The notes: generated from the sequence alone by a model not told the origin. A DNA stretch of 49,931 nt from an uncultured Lachnospiraceae bacterium (GCA_902795775.1 CADBMP010000262.1:1-49931); one strand, 5' to 3'. Shown: positions 18,230-28,734, numbered from the stretch's first letter. Made by a program: numbers and translations.

Positions 18230-20607
18230 TGCACATCGCACAGGCTGCCATCACTATATTTTTGAAAAAGAAACTTTGAATCTTCTGTTTCAACGGTTTC
18301 TTTTTTATTTAAGAACACCTTTTCATAACATTGTTCCTTTGGACACTTCTCTGTTGCCAGCTTATGGCTTGCTTTACAAAATATATACCTTGCATGGCAT
18401 CTGCAGTTCTTTTTCGGCTCTGTCCCCTGCTCAAAATACTCTGTGCGCACCACATCTTCTTCTCCTGACTTATCACAAAGACCGGGAACAGCAAGATTTC
18501 CACATTTTGTACATATCTGCCGGCTGACAATGTCCTCCGGTCTTTTAAACAGGGCACGTTTCACATTTTTATATTTGTGCACACGCTCCATAATATCCCG
18601 CCACATGGTCGTCACATACACAGTTGATTCCAGAGGATTCCCCTCATCCTCCCCCGTCCAGATTCCAAAGGTATAATATGGCGTATAGCCCATATACCAG
18701 ATATCTGTATTATTCTCTGTCCTGCCCGACTTTCCGGAAACTGCGATTCCGTCCTGTGAAAAATGCAGCAGATTCTTTTCCAGCCGGATTGATTCATTCT
18801 GCATGGCATTTGTCAAAAGCCACGCTGTACTTTTCTTCATGATCTGTGTCTTGTCCTTCTTCCTGCCTAAAAGAACCTTCCCATTTTTATCCAGAACCTT
18901 TGTATAAAATTTCGGTGTCTGATAGGCTCCTTCATTCGCAAATGCCGCATAAGCAGAGGTCAGCTCCAGATTTGTCACGCCATCTGCCAGCTTTCCAAGG
19001 CCAATCTGAAGCTGAAAATCATTTTTATCCGACAGACCGTTTCTTTCCGTAACCTTTCTCTCTCGTTTCTTTTCCACCAGAGTCGTAAGTCCAAACCTTT
19101 TCAGATAAGAATACCCCACCTCCACCGATACCTTTTCCAATACTTTAATGGTGGGAACTGCCTTCGATAATGCCAGTGCATCCCGCAGCGTAATAAGCCC
19201 GGAAGGTTTCTCATCGTCCAGATCCGTAACCGGCGTACTAGTATCCGGATATTGATATTCGGAATCGTCCTGTACATCCCCCAGGGTCATCCCGGCTGTA
19301 TCAAGTGCAGGTGTATAGACCGATAATGCATCAAACAGGGTTCCCGGCTGCCGTTCCAAAGCAACCGCACGATTTAAGGCATCCCCTTTTCCCTTTCCTT
19401 CCCGTCCGCCCACAATCGCACGTACAGCCCCTGTTTTTTGTTCCATCAGGACCAGAGAGGTCTGGATTTCCTGCTCTGTATTCAATTCCCCTTTTTTCTT
19501 TTTTTTAGGAACAGGATAATACTTTTTATTACGTACTACATCATCACAAATTTTTTGTATAGAACTGTCAAGACAGGAATAAATTTTAATTTCCTTACTG
19601 AACACCAGCCGGTTCGCCTCGGTCGCAGAATATCCTTTTTCCCTCTGCAGATCCCGGATTACCTGTGCTAAAACCGCATCTGTATAATAAGAACCTTCTG
19701 TATTTGTCCTGCTCTCCCATACAGCCGCCTGATTGCGCAGCCTTAAATATACATCATCACCAAGTGCATCTCCATACTCCTCTTCCGATATATACTGCGC
19801 ATCCAGCATCCCTTTTAAAATGCTCATCCGTTCCCGCCTGTTCCCGTCCGAATACGCAGACGGGGAAAAAACGGAGGGATTTTTTGAAATTGCTGCCAGG
19901 ACTGCCGCTTCTGATATATTTACCTCGGAAATATCCTTTCCAAAGTACCTTTCCGCAGCTGCTCCTACCCCGATAATATGATCTCCCAGATTTACCGTAT
20001 TCAGATAATATTCCAGAATCTTATCCTTGGACATGGTATCCTCCAGGGTAATTGCCGCATACTGCTCCTCAATCACATTCTTCAACCTGTGGAAAAAGGA
20101 ACCTCCCACACTCCGCTTTGCCATCTGGTTCTTAATCAGCTGCTGTGTAATGGTATATCTCATCTCCGGAGCCTCACCCTGCTGAGTCAGGCGGGCATAA
20201 AAATCTTCCAGCACCCCTCTTGCATTCACTCCATGATGTTTGTAAAAAATCTTATCCCAGCTGACCACAAAAGCCTTTTGAACCGAATTCGGAATCCTTT
20301 TCAATGAAGCATACTTTTTCAATACATTCTTTGAAGAAATAGTGTTCATCAAATCTCCATTGCTATCATATATGCTGCTCTGTCTGCCTTCTGAAAGAAG
20401 CTCCTGTTCCCCTACCGGCATAATTCCGGAAATGATCCCATCAACCCTGAAAAACAATTTCAGGCAGCCGGACACAAAAAGCAAAACAAGAAAAAGCCCC
20501 CGGAGATATTTGATTATCTCATTTCTCCGGTAGCTTTTTTTCTGTGAAATGCTGTTTATTTTTTTTTGTCTGAGTTCAATTTCCCTTAAACTAAAATTCA
20601 TAAGCAC
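18226..20607 (-). CDS. Class A penicillin-binding protein homologue (TM, transglycosylase, transpeptidase, Cys-rich tail) with degenerate active sites
   Basis: TITQQLIKN, KDKILEYYLN, AIVGGR and WYMGYTP mark the fold; catalytic motifs read SWDKIF, PGTLFD, SKA and KSG. Confidence 0.88.
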   Translation of the reverse strand: MLMNFSLREIELRQKKINSISQKKSYRRNEIIKYLRGLFLVLLFVSGCLKLFFRVDGIISGIMPVGEQELLSEGRQSSIYDSNGDLMNTISSKNVLKKYASLKRIPNSVQKAFVVSWDKIFYKHHGVNARGVLEDFYARLTQQGEAPEMRYTITQQLIKNQMAKRSVGGSFFHRLKNVIEEQYAAITLEDTMSKDKILEYYLNTVNLGDHIIGVGAAAERYFGKDISEVNISEAAVLAAISKNPSVFSPSAYSDGNRRERMSILKGMLDAQYISEEEYGDALGDDVYLRLRNQAAVWESRTNTEGSYYTDAVLAQVIRDLQREKGYSATEANRLVFSKEIKIYSCLDSSIQKICDDVVRNKKYYPVPKKKKKGELNTEQEIQTSLVLMEQKTGAVRAIVGGREGKGKGDALNRAVALERQPGTLFDALSVYTPALDTAGMTLGDVQDDSEYQYPDTSTPVTDLDDEKPSGLITLRDALALSKAVPTIKVLEKVSVEVGYSYLKRFGLTTLVEKKRERKVTERNGLSDKNDFQLQIGLGKLADGVTNLELTSAYAAFANEGAYQTPKFYTKVLDKNGKVLLGRKKDKTQIMKKSTAWLLTNAMQNESIRLEKNLLHFSQDGIAVSGKSGRTENNTDIWYMGYTPYYTFGIWTGEDEGNPLESTVYVTTMWRDIMERVHKYKNVKRALFKRPEDIVSRQICTKCGNLAVPGLCDKSGEEDVVRTEYFEQGTEPKKNCRCHARYIFCKASHKLATEKCPKEQCYEKVFLNKKETVETEDSKFLFQKYSDGSLCDVH

Positions 20608-20621
20608 CTCATAATATTCTA

Positions 20622-21899
20622 TTAACGATAAATGATGTCACTTCTTTTTGGTCCATTCGATACCATTTTGACCGGTACCCCTAACTCCTTTTCTATAAAT
20701 TCCACATATTTTCTGCAGTTTTCCGGAAGCTCATCATATTCCTTGATTCCACGGATATCTGTTTCCCAGCCTGGAAGCACCTCAAAGACCGGTTTTGCCT
20801 TCTTAAGCTCTGTCGTCACCGGAAAATCCTTACGCACCGTTCCATCAATCTCATATCCAACGCAGACCGGTATTTCCTTTAAATATCCCAGACAGTCAAG
20901 CACCGTCAGCACTACCTCTGTTGCCCCCTGGATTGCACAGCCATACCGGTTTGCCACTGCATCAAACCAGCCCACACGACGTGGTCTTCCTGTGGTCGCA
21001 CCATACTCGCCCTTATCTCCGCCCCGTTTCCTAAGCTCCTCTGCTTCTTTTTCATCCAAAATCTCACTGACAAATTCTCCGGCACCAACCGCACTGGAAT
21101 ATGCCTTGACCACCGTTACAATCCTTTTAATTTCATAAGGCGGAAGCCCGGCACCTATGGCTCCATAAGCAGCCAGTGGAGAAGATGAAGTCACCATAGG
21201 ATAAATTCCATGGTCCGGATCCTTTAAAGAACCAAGCTGTCCTTCTAAAAGAATCTCCTTGCCATCCTTTACCGCCTGCCTCAAAAATGCGGAAACATCA
21301 CAAACATATGGCTCTATCATTTTCCTGTATTCCTGCAGCAAAGAGAACAAAGCTGCTTCATCTAATGCAGGCTTATGGTATAAATGCTCTAAAATCACAT
21401 TCTTCTGCTCACAGATCCTGTGCAGCTTTTCTTTTAAATATTCCTCGTCAAAAAGCTCAGACACCTGAATTCCAATTTTGGCATATTTATCAGAATAAAA
21501 AGGTGCAATTCCTGATTTTGTGGAGCCGAACGAATTTTTTCCCAGACGTTCCTCCTCAAATTTATCAAAATCAATATGATACGGCATCAATATCTGCGCC
21601 CGGTCGGAAACAAGCACCTTCGGCTTTGGAACCCCCTGTTCCACCAGGGAATCGATTTCCTTGACCAGAAACGGAATGTTCAAGGCCACTCCATTTCCAA
21701 TAATGCTCGTGGTATGATGGTAAAATACTCCTGACGGAAGCAGATGCAAAGCAAAACGCCCATAATCATTGATGATTGTATGTCCCGCATTGCTTCCTCC
21801 CTGAAACCTCACAATAATGTCAGATTTCTCTGCCAGCATATCCGTCACTTTTCCCTTTCCTTCGTCTCCCCAGCTTGCGCCCACAATCGCTGTTACCAT
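20622..21899 (-). CDS. purA: Adenylosuccinate synthetase
   Basis: WGDEGKGK, RFQGGSNAGHT and GATTGRPRRVGWFD motifs; ATG 21899 after AAGGAGG. Confidence 0.97.
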   Translation of the reverse strand: MVTAIVGASWGDEGKGKVTDMLAEKSDIIVRFQGGSNAGHTIINDYGRFALHLLPSGVFYHHTTSIIGNGVALNIPFLVKEIDSLVEQGVPKPKVLVSDRAQILMPYHIDFDKFEEERLGKNSFGSTKSGIAPFYSDKYAKIGIQVSELFDEEYLKEKLHRICEQKNVILEHLYHKPALDEAALFSLLQEYRKMIEPYVCDVSAFLRQAVKDGKEILLEGQLGSLKDPDHGIYPMVTSSSPLAAYGAIGAGLPPYEIKRIVTVVKAYSSAVGAGEFVSEILDEKEAEELRKRGGDKGEYGATTGRPRRVGWFDAVANRYGCAIQGATEVVLTVLDCLGYLKEIPVCVGYEIDGTVRKDFPVTTELKKAKPVFEVLPGWETDIRGIKEYDELPENCRKYVEFIEKELGVPVKMVSNGPKRSDIIYR

Positions 21900-21912
21900 A
21901 ATAACCTCCTTC

Positions 21913-23169
21913 TTACATTCCAATTATTTTTGTTATCGTAACATCCGGCTCTCTTACCAGATCACAGTAAAATGCCCCTACCTTTACTACCGGTCTTGAT
22001 AACGAATCTTTATTGATCAGCACCACCTTGCCCTGTTCTCCGTTTGAAAGCTCCACATCTGTATTGATATAAGCCTGAACCACTGTATTCAAAAACGGAA
22101 GCAGGTATTCCAGATCATATTTTGTAATTCCTTCCCTTTCAAACATTGCAATCACTGCAAACGGACAGATTGCATCCCTGTACGGACGCTTTGATGTCAT
22201 GGCATCAAAGGTATCAGCAATCGCCAGGATTTTTGGAAATTCCCCAATCTGATCTGCCCGGTATCCGCCCGGATAACCTGAACCATCCATCCTCTCATGA
22301 TGACGCATGACCGCATCGATTACACGCGCATCCAGTTTCCTGTCCTTTAAGATATTATGCCCCTGCAGAACATGTGTCTTGACCAGATTGTACTCCGAAA
22401 TCGTCAAGCGGTCCGGTTTGTGCAAAATATCATCCGGAATCATAATCTTTCCAATATCATGCAGCAGCCCGGAAAGTGTCAGAAGCTCCAGGTCTTCCTC
22501 CGACATCCGCTTGTTAGAAACACGTCCAATCAGATTGCCAAGGATGGCCACATTCAGACAATGCATATAGGTCATATCATCATATCCCCTCATACACTGC
22601 AGCATATCAAGGATATGAAGGCTGTTTCTGCTTGTGGAAACCACGTTTTCCGTCTCTTTTAAAATGACCTCTGTATCAATGTCTTCTCCTCTCACCGCCT
22701 GACTAAGTGTATCCTTCAGAGAATCCACCGTTGCCATAAAGGAGCTTTGAAACTCCTTAAATTCCTTTGTTTCCCGTACTTTTTCATAATAGCTTTCCGT
22801 ACCTTCTTTTTCCTGAATATCCGGCACCGAAGCCACAAAAGAAGACTCCGTAAGGTTTTCTCTTTCTTTTACGGCATCCTGTAAGATTTTCCCCGGTCCC
22901 GTTTGTTCCTCTTTCGTTCCAGATACAGAAACTACCGTTTCTTCCTTCCCGTTTCCTTCAGTAAGCTCTGAATGGAGTACAGGCGTTTTTCCATCTTCCT
23001 TTACCTGAATTCTTACAGCAAATATCGAGCGTTCCTTTAAAGACGCTATGATTGAATCTGTAAGCACTGTATTCTCAGGAATCAAAAGCTGCCCCTCTGC
23101 AGTAAAGACATCATCCTGCGTAATCATATCTGCAGTCAGTCTCGCTGTCAACATTCTCTTTCCCGCCAT
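21913..23169 (-). CDS. HD-GYP domain cyclic-dinucleotide phosphodiesterase
   Basis: HCLNV, LLHDIGK, HHERMDGSGYP and ADTFDAMTSKRPYR motifs are intact. Confidence 0.9.
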   Translation of the reverse strand: MAGKRMLTARLTADMITQDDVFTAEGQLLIPENTVLTDSIIASLKERSIFAVRIQVKEDGKTPVLHSELTEGNGKEETVVSVSGTKEEQTGPGKILQDAVKERENLTESSFVASVPDIQEKEGTESYYEKVRETKEFKEFQSSFMATVDSLKDTLSQAVRGEDIDTEVILKETENVVSTSRNSLHILDMLQCMRGYDDMTYMHCLNVAILGNLIGRVSNKRMSEEDLELLTLSGLLHDIGKIMIPDDILHKPDRLTISEYNLVKTHVLQGHNILKDRKLDARVIDAVMRHHERMDGSGYPGGYRADQIGEFPKILAIADTFDAMTSKRPYRDAICPFAVIAMFEREGITKYDLEYLLPFLNTVVQAYINTDVELSNGEQGKVVLINKDSLSRPVVKVGAFYCDLVREPDVTITKIIGM

Positions 23170-23221
23170 ATCTCCTCCTCCATCGCTTTTTTATGAAATT
23201 GCCGGTCAGACCATTTGCACA

Positions 23222-24682
23222 TCAGACGTTAATCTCTGCCTTCAATCCCAAAAGCTCCCTGTTCTTTTCCAGAACAGGTTCAACCGTCCCTTTGATAAAT
23301 TCCTCCACCTGGGATGGTGCACGTCCGATATATTTTTCCGGTCTCATTGCTTCCTTTAATTCCTCCAGCCCCACCGGAAATTCCTCATCTTCCGCAATCA
23401 ATTCCAAAAGATTGTTTTCTTTTCCATATTTCTTAACATTCATCCCTGCTTCCATGGAAAGTGTACGTATCCTCTCATGAAGCTCCTGTCTGCTCTTTCC
23501 GGTCTTTACTGCATCCATCATGATGTTTTCCGTAGCCATGAACGGAAGCTCAGACATGAGACGTTTTTCAATTACCTTTTCATAAACCACCAGACCATCC
23601 ACCACATTTAACACAAGATCCAAAATACCATCTGTTGCCAGAAAACCTTCCGGAATACTGATTCTCTTATTTGCAGAATCATCTAACGTCCTCTCAAACC
23701 ACTGGCAGGCAGATGTGAACATCCCATTCGTTACGTCAGACATCACGTAACGGGCAAGTGATGCTATCCTCTCGCTTCTCATCGGGTTTCTTTTATATGC
23801 CATGGCAGAAGAACCAATCTGGTTTTTCTCAAACGGCTCCTCAATCTCCTTCAAATGCTGCAAAAGCCTGATATCATTTGAAAGCTTATGCGCACTTGCC
23901 GCAATCCCTGCAAGTACATTCAGCACCCTTGTATCCAGTTTTCTGGAATAGGTCTGTCCTGATACCGGAAAACACTGGTCAAAACCCATCTTTCCGGCAA
24001 TGATACGGTCTAACTCCTTTACCTTTTCCTCATCTCCGTCAAACAGCTCCATAAAGCTCGCCTGCGTTCCTGTTGTCCCCTTGGAACCTAAAAGCTTCAT
24101 TGTAGAAAGAACATACTCCACATCTTCAAAATCCATTAGGAATTCCTGAAGCCAGAGCGTGGCACGCTTTCCAACGGTAGTCGGCTGCGCCGGCTGAAAA
24201 TGCGTAAAAGCCAGTGTCGGCAGATCCTTATACTTCATGGCAAACTTAGAAAGCTCATCGATCACATTCAAAAGCTTCTTTCTGACAAGCTCCAGTGCTT
24301 CCGTCATAATGATTACATCCGTATTATCTCCCACATAGCATGATGTGGCTCCCAGATGGATAATGCCGGCCGCCTTCGGACACTGCACGCCATACGCATA
24401 CACATGGGACATGACATCATGACGAACCAGCTTTTCCCTCTCCTTTGCCACATCATAATTGATATCCTCTGCATGCTCCTTTAATTCCTCAATCTGCTCC
24501 TTTGTTACTGCCGGACCACCTTTTTCATCCAGAAGTCCCAGCTCATTTTCCGCTTCAGCAAGTGCAATCCACAGCTTCCGCCAGGTCTTAAACTTCTTGT
24601 CCGGCGAAAAAATATACTGCATCTCTTTGCTTGCATAGCGTTCTGAAAGCGGACTTGTATATCTGTCATTATTCATAAACAC
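23222..24682 (-). CDS. purB: Adenylosuccinate lyase
   Basis: [30 protein letters not shown] and the signature [10 protein letters not shown]. Confidence 0.97.
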   Translation of the reverse strand: MFMNNDRYTSPLSERYASKEMQYIFSPDKKFKTWRKLWIALAEAENELGLLDEKGGPAVTKEQIEELKEHAEDINYDVAKEREKLVRHDVMSHVYAYGVQCPKAAGIIHLGATSCYVGDNTDVIIMTEALELVRKKLLNVIDELSKFAMKYKDLPTLAFTHFQPAQPTTVGKRATLWLQEFLMDFEDVEYVLSTMKLLGSKGTTGTQASFMELFDGDEEKVKELDRIIAGKMGFDQCFPVSGQTYSRKLDTRVLNVLAGIAASAHKLSNDIRLLQHLKEIEEPFEKNQIGSSAMAYKRNPMRSERIASLARYVMSDVTNGMFTSACQWFERTLDDSANKRISIPEGFLATDGILDLVLNVVDGLVVYEKVIEKRLMSELPFMATENIMMDAVKTGKSRQELHERIRTLSMEAGMNVKKYGKENNLLELIAEDEEFPVGLEELKEAMRPEKYIGRAPSQVEEFIKGTVEPVLEKNRELLGLKAEINV

Positions 24683-24724
24683 CTATTCCTCCTATTATTG
24701 TTCCTTTCCACAGCCGTCAAACCG

Positions 24725-26203
24725 TCACCTTTCTCCCCGGATATCCTCCTTGGGCGGCTGCACCGGATACTCCCCGGAAAAGCAGGCATGACAATAGCCT
24801 GTATCGCCATCCAGCAGTTCATGAAGCCTGTTCATATCCAAATACCCCAAAGAATCCGCACCAATCATCTCCCGAATTTCCTCCACAGAATGGCTGTACG
24901 CCGGAAGTTCCTCGCTGCTCGGCACATCTGTTCCAAAATAGCAGGGATACTTAAACGGTGGAGAGCTGATCCTCACATGAACTTCGGCTGCCCCTGCATC
25001 CTTCAGCATCTTTACAATCCTCGCGCTCGTGGTCCCCCTGACTATGGAATCATCCACCATGATAACACGTTTTCCTGCCACCACTTCACGAAGTACATTC
25101 AACTTGATTCTGACACTAGACTCCCTTGCCGACTGCTTTGGTTTGATAAACGTCCGGCCCACATAACTGTTTTTCACAAAAGCCGTTCCATATGGAATGC
25201 CGGACTCAACTGCATACCCCATTGCTGCTGCATTTCCTGACTCCGGTACGCCTACCACAATATCCGCATCCACAGGATGGGTCTGCGCCAGAATCCTTCC
25301 TGCTGTCATGCGCGAATGATGTACGCAGATTCCATCAATATAACTGTCCGGCCTTGCAAAATAGATATATTCAAAAATACATCTGGATGCGCTCCCTTTC
25401 ACCATGCTCTTATCAGAAAAAAGTCCTTCCGGCGTTATGGTAACAATTTCTCCCGGTTCCACATCCCGGACAAATTCTGCCCCAATGGTATCTAATGCAC
25501 AGGTTTCCGAAGCAAGTATATAGGCATGATCTCTTTTTCCAATGCAGAGCGGGCGGAATCCTTCAGGATCCCTTGCACCGATCAGCTTTCTTGGACTTGC
25601 AACTACTAAAGAATAGGCTCCCCTAATCCTCTGCATTGCATTTTTCACAGCCTGCTCCACAGTCCCTGTGTGAAGCCGCTCCTTTGCGATCAGATACGCA
25701 ATCACCTCAGAATCAATGGTAGTCTGGAAAATGGCACCGCCCAATTCCAGCTCCGTCCTCAGATCCAGTGCATTCACCAGATTACCATTATGTGCCAGTG
25801 AAAGTGTTCCCTTAATGTAATTAAGTACCAGCGGCTGTGTGTTTTCTGCAACACTGGCTCCCGCCGTTGAATACCGGACATGACCCACTCCGATATCCCC
25901 GTTCATCTTCTCCAGCCTTTCTGCCTGGAACACTTCATTGACCAGTCCCATCCCTTTGCAAACATCAGAATTTCTTTTTGGCCCGTCCGTTCTGCTGACG
26001 GCAATGCCGCAGCTTTCCTGTCCTCTATGCTGCAGGGAAAACAACCCATAATAAATGGTTCCCGCTACATTCCCGCCATCCAGATCGTACATGCCAAAAA
26101 CACCACATTCCTCATGAAGCTCCTGTTCTTCCTGCATATCGGAAAAACAGGCTTCTTTCCAGCACTTCTGCTTCTCTGTTCTTTTTATCTGCTCCATTTC
26201 CAT
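24725..26203 (-). CDS. purF: Amidophosphoribosyltransferase
   Basis: HEECGVFG, LQHRGQE, GHVRYST, CIFEYIYFARPDS, VDDSIVRGTTS and CHACF motifs. The exact start is uncertain (26203, 26197 or a later Met). Confidence 0.96.
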   Translation of the reverse strand: MEMEQIKRTEKQKCWKEACFSDMQEEQELHEECGVFGMYDLDGGNVAGTIYYGLFSLQHRGQESCGIAVSRTDGPKRNSDVCKGMGLVNEVFQAERLEKMNGDIGVGHVRYSTAGASVAENTQPLVLNYIKGTLSLAHNGNLVNALDLRTELELGGAIFQTTIDSEVIAYLIAKERLHTGTVEQAVKNAMQRIRGAYSLVVASPRKLIGARDPEGFRPLCIGKRDHAYILASETCALDTIGAEFVRDVEPGEIVTITPEGLFSDKSMVKGSASRCIFEYIYFARPDSYIDGICVHHSRMTAGRILAQTHPVDADIVVGVPESGNAAAMGYAVESGIPYGTAFVKNSYVGRTFIKPKQSARESSVRIKLNVLREVVAGKRVIMVDDSIVRGTTSARIVKMLKDAGAAEVHVRISSPPFKYPCYFGTDVPSSEELPAYSHSVEEIREMIGADSLGYLDMNRLHELLDGDTGYCHACFSGEYPVQPPKEDIRGER

Positions 26204-26211
26204 CCTTTCAG

Positions 26212-26931
26212 TTACGATTCCTGAACCAGTCCGATTCTCTTAGCCACCTCCTGATAAGCATCCTCTACACCGCCAAGATCCCTTCTGAAACGGTCCTTAT
26301 CTAATTTCTCATGTGTTTTTTTATCCCAGAACCTGCATGTATCCGGAGAAATCTCATCTGCCAGAATAATGGTCCCGTCATCCGTCTTTCCAAATTCAAT
26401 TTTAAAATCAATCAGGTCAATGCCGCATTCTCCAAAAAATTCCTTTAGAAAATCATTTACCATAAACGCATATTTTGTAATGGTATCAATATCCTCCCTG
26501 GTAGCCGCGCCAATCGCGATTGCGAAATAATCATTGATGAGCGGATCTCCCAGTGCATCATCCTTATAAGAAAATTCCAATGTAGGACATAAAAGCTGAA
26601 AGCCCTCCTCGATTCCTAAGCGCTTTGAAAAGCTTCCTGCTGCCACATTACGCACAATGACTTCCAACGGTATGATCTTAACCTTTTTCACTGCCGTTTC
26701 CCTGTCACTTAATTCCTCAATATAATGAGTCGGAACTCCGGCTTTCTCCAGCTTCTGAAACAAGAAATTCGTCATTTTATTGTTGATAACGCCCTTTCCC
26801 ACAATAGTTCCTTTTTTTTCACCGTTAAAAGCAGTAGCGTCATCCTTGTAATCCACGATCACTACATTTTCATCCCCGGTCTTAAAAACCTTTTTTGCCT
26901 TTCCTTCATAAATCATATCCAGTTTTTCCAC
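26212..26931 (-). CDS. purC: SAICAR synthase
   Basis: [36 protein letters not shown] and DKDRFR motifs; GTG at 26931 after GAGGAGG. Confidence 0.96.
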   Translation of the reverse strand: MEKLDMIYEGKAKKVFKTGDENVVIVDYKDDATAFNGEKKGTIVGKGVINNKMTNFLFQKLEKAGVPTHYIEELSDRETAVKKVKIIPLEVIVRNVAAGSFSKRLGIEEGFQLLCPTLEFSYKDDALGDPLINDYFAIAIGAATREDIDTITKYAFMVNDFLKEFFGECGIDLIDFKIEFGKTDDGTIILADEISPDTCRFWDKKTHEKLDKDRFRRDLGGVEDAYQEVAKRIGLVQES

Positions 26932-27020
26932 TACCGTATCCTCCTCATCAGAAATAGTATGCTGCTTACCTAAAGTTTTCCTGTGGGAACACACCATGTC
27001 ACAGGTGCATTCCACTAACT

Positions 27021-27127
27021 AATATATCGTTTTTTAACAATCCGCACTAAATGATATCTGCCCAAAATCCATATATAAAAGATTTTTGGCAGATATCATA
27101 AGTCCAGTTAATTAAAAAACTCAATAC
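27021..27127. repeat. Imperfect ~107-bp palindromic repeat element (copy 1)
   Basis: Core stem ATGATATCTGCC...GGCAGATATCAT, with outer arms GTTTTTTAA / TTAAAAAAC. Bases 27060-27127 recur at 28735-28802. Confidence 0.7.
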
Positions 27128-27133
27128 TTATAT

Positions 27134-27162
27134 ATTATAACCGCATCACAAATAATTCGCAA
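27134..27162 (-). promoter_or_regulatory. Sigma-A promoter of the purC operon
   Basis: TTGCGA-17-TATAAT on the minus strand. Confidence 0.65.
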
Positions 27163-27178
27163 GTATCAGTTTTCTTGT

Positions 27179-28618
27179 TCACACTTCAGGCTTCTGTGTT
27201 TTTTTAGGTTTCTGTGTTTTTTTAGGTTTCTGTGTTTTTTCAGGTTCCTGCGTTTCCCCAGGCTCCTGTACATTTTCCATAGGTTCTTCTGTCACAGCTG
27301 TCACAGTAAAATCCTTAAAAATCCCTCTCTGGATCTTCACCGCCAGAATCCTTGTTACAGCTTCATCCAGCATCTCCATCGTAATCTCTCCCGAAACAAC
27401 CGCATCCAGAATGCTGCCATACGCCTCCTTAAAATTCTCCGGCATCAGCACAATATCCGCCCCTGCCTTAAAAGAAGTCTTTGCCGCCTCTGCCGCACTA
27501 TAATACCGGGTAATGCTTGCCATATCAAAAGCATCCGTTATGATGATTTTTCCAAAGCCCAGCTCGTCCCTTAAAATCGTTTTCATCATCAGCTCCGACA
27601 CAGAAGCAGGCACCGAGCTTTCCGTTACCTTGCTGACAGAAATATGTGACATCATCACAAAATCTGCTCCGGTAGAAATTCCCGTAACAAAAGGCACAAA
27701 ATCCACGTTTCTCAATTTTGAGATTCCACTGTCCAAGTCCACGCTCCCATCATGCGTGTTGCCATCTGAGGAACCCTGTCCCGGAAAATGCTTTAACGCT
27801 GCACAAATTCCCGTATGATGAAGCCCCTGTACAAATGCACTTACATGCTCCGAAACCTTTTTGGGGTCGTCGCCAAAGGACCGCGACCCAATTTCCATAT
27901 TCAATGAACTCAATTTAACATCCGCTACAGGTGCAAAATCCACATTAAATCCAAGTTCACCGATTTCCGTTCCTATTGTTTTTGCCATCTGGTAGGTATA
28001 TTCATCATCCTTCGTTTTTCCTATCATTTCTGCAGAAGGAAAACGGGTTGTTTTCATTTTTTTATTGGAAGCAATTCTTGCCACATCCCCACCTTCTTCA
28101 TCTACAGCCACAAATAACGGGATTTTTGCTGCCTCCTGAAGCTTCCGGTTCAGTTTTTGGGTCTGTTTTCTTCCTTTTAAATTTCTGGAAAACAAAAGCA
28201 CACCGCCTACATGGTATTCCGAGAGCGTTTTCTTCATCTCCTTTGTTATTTTCCGGTGTTCATAAAAATCCCCCCTGGTGTTATCCAGCTGTTCCAGATT
28301 CAGGATGAATAACTGCCCGACCTTTTCCTCCACAGTCATGTTCTTCACATATGTGTCCGCATATACCAACGCGTCCTCCCAGTCCATCTCTTTTTCCGTT
28401 TCTTCACTGCTTTCCTCTGAAGAAACTTTATCCTCTTTTTTTTCATAATTCTTAATCGCCACCTTCTCCGTTTCCCAGAACGGAGTGCAGCCACTGATTC
28501 CAGAACAAAGGGCGATTATAAGCAATACCGCCAAAAAACACCTGCCTTTTTTTACCAGGTTCCTCTTGCCATGACCGCCTCTGCCATATATTACATGCTT
28601 TTTCCAATGATTTTCCAC
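27179..28618 (-). CDS. GH3 beta-N-acetylhexosaminidase-like (NagZ-type) predicted lipoprotein
   Basis: EEKVGQL, AVDEEGG, FAPVADV, RSFG, KHFPGQG and ITDAFDM motifs; lipobox-like ISGC after a hydrophobic stretch. Confidence 0.85.
   Translation of the reverse strand: MENHWKKHVIYGRGGHGKRNLVKKGRCFLAVLLIIALCSGISGCTPFWETEKVAIKNYEKKEDKVSSEESSEETEKEMDWEDALVYADTYVKNMTVEEKVGQLFILNLEQLDNTRGDFYEHRKITKEMKKTLSEYHVGGVLLFSRNLKGRKQTQKLNRKLQEAAKIPLFVAVDEEGGDVARIASNKKMKTTRFPSAEMIGKTKDDEYTYQMAKTIGTEIGELGFNVDFAPVADVKLSSLNMEIGSRSFGDDPKKVSEHVSAFVQGLHHTGICAALKHFPGQGSSDGNTHDGSVDLDSGISKLRNVDFVPFVTGISTGADFVMMSHISVSKVTESSVPASVSELMMKTILRDELGFGKIIITDAFDMASITRYYSAAEAAKTSFKAGADIVLMPENFKEAYGSILDAVVSGEITMEMLDEAVTRILAVKIQRGIFKDFTVTAVTEEPMENVQEPGETQEPEKTQKPKKTQKPKKTQKPEV
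27187..27268. repeat. 18-bp tandem repeat (~4.5 copies) encoding Q(E/K)P(K/E/G)(K/E)T in the GH3 tail
   Basis: Unit AGGTTTCTGTGTTTTTTT and variants, read directly. Confidence 0.85.
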
Positions 28619-28734
28619 GCTGGCCTCCTATCTTTCTATCTAGCCGAACTACATTTGCACTTTTTAAGTATATTGTTTTTCTCCTTTTTGTCAAGCATTA
28701 CCAGCCGACATATTCTAAATCCGGTTACAGCTTA

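Noticed and set aside
27187-27268. Possible CRISPR or phase-variation tract
   Set aside because: The 18-bp units are contiguous, have no spacers and are in frame, so copy-number change would not shift the frame.
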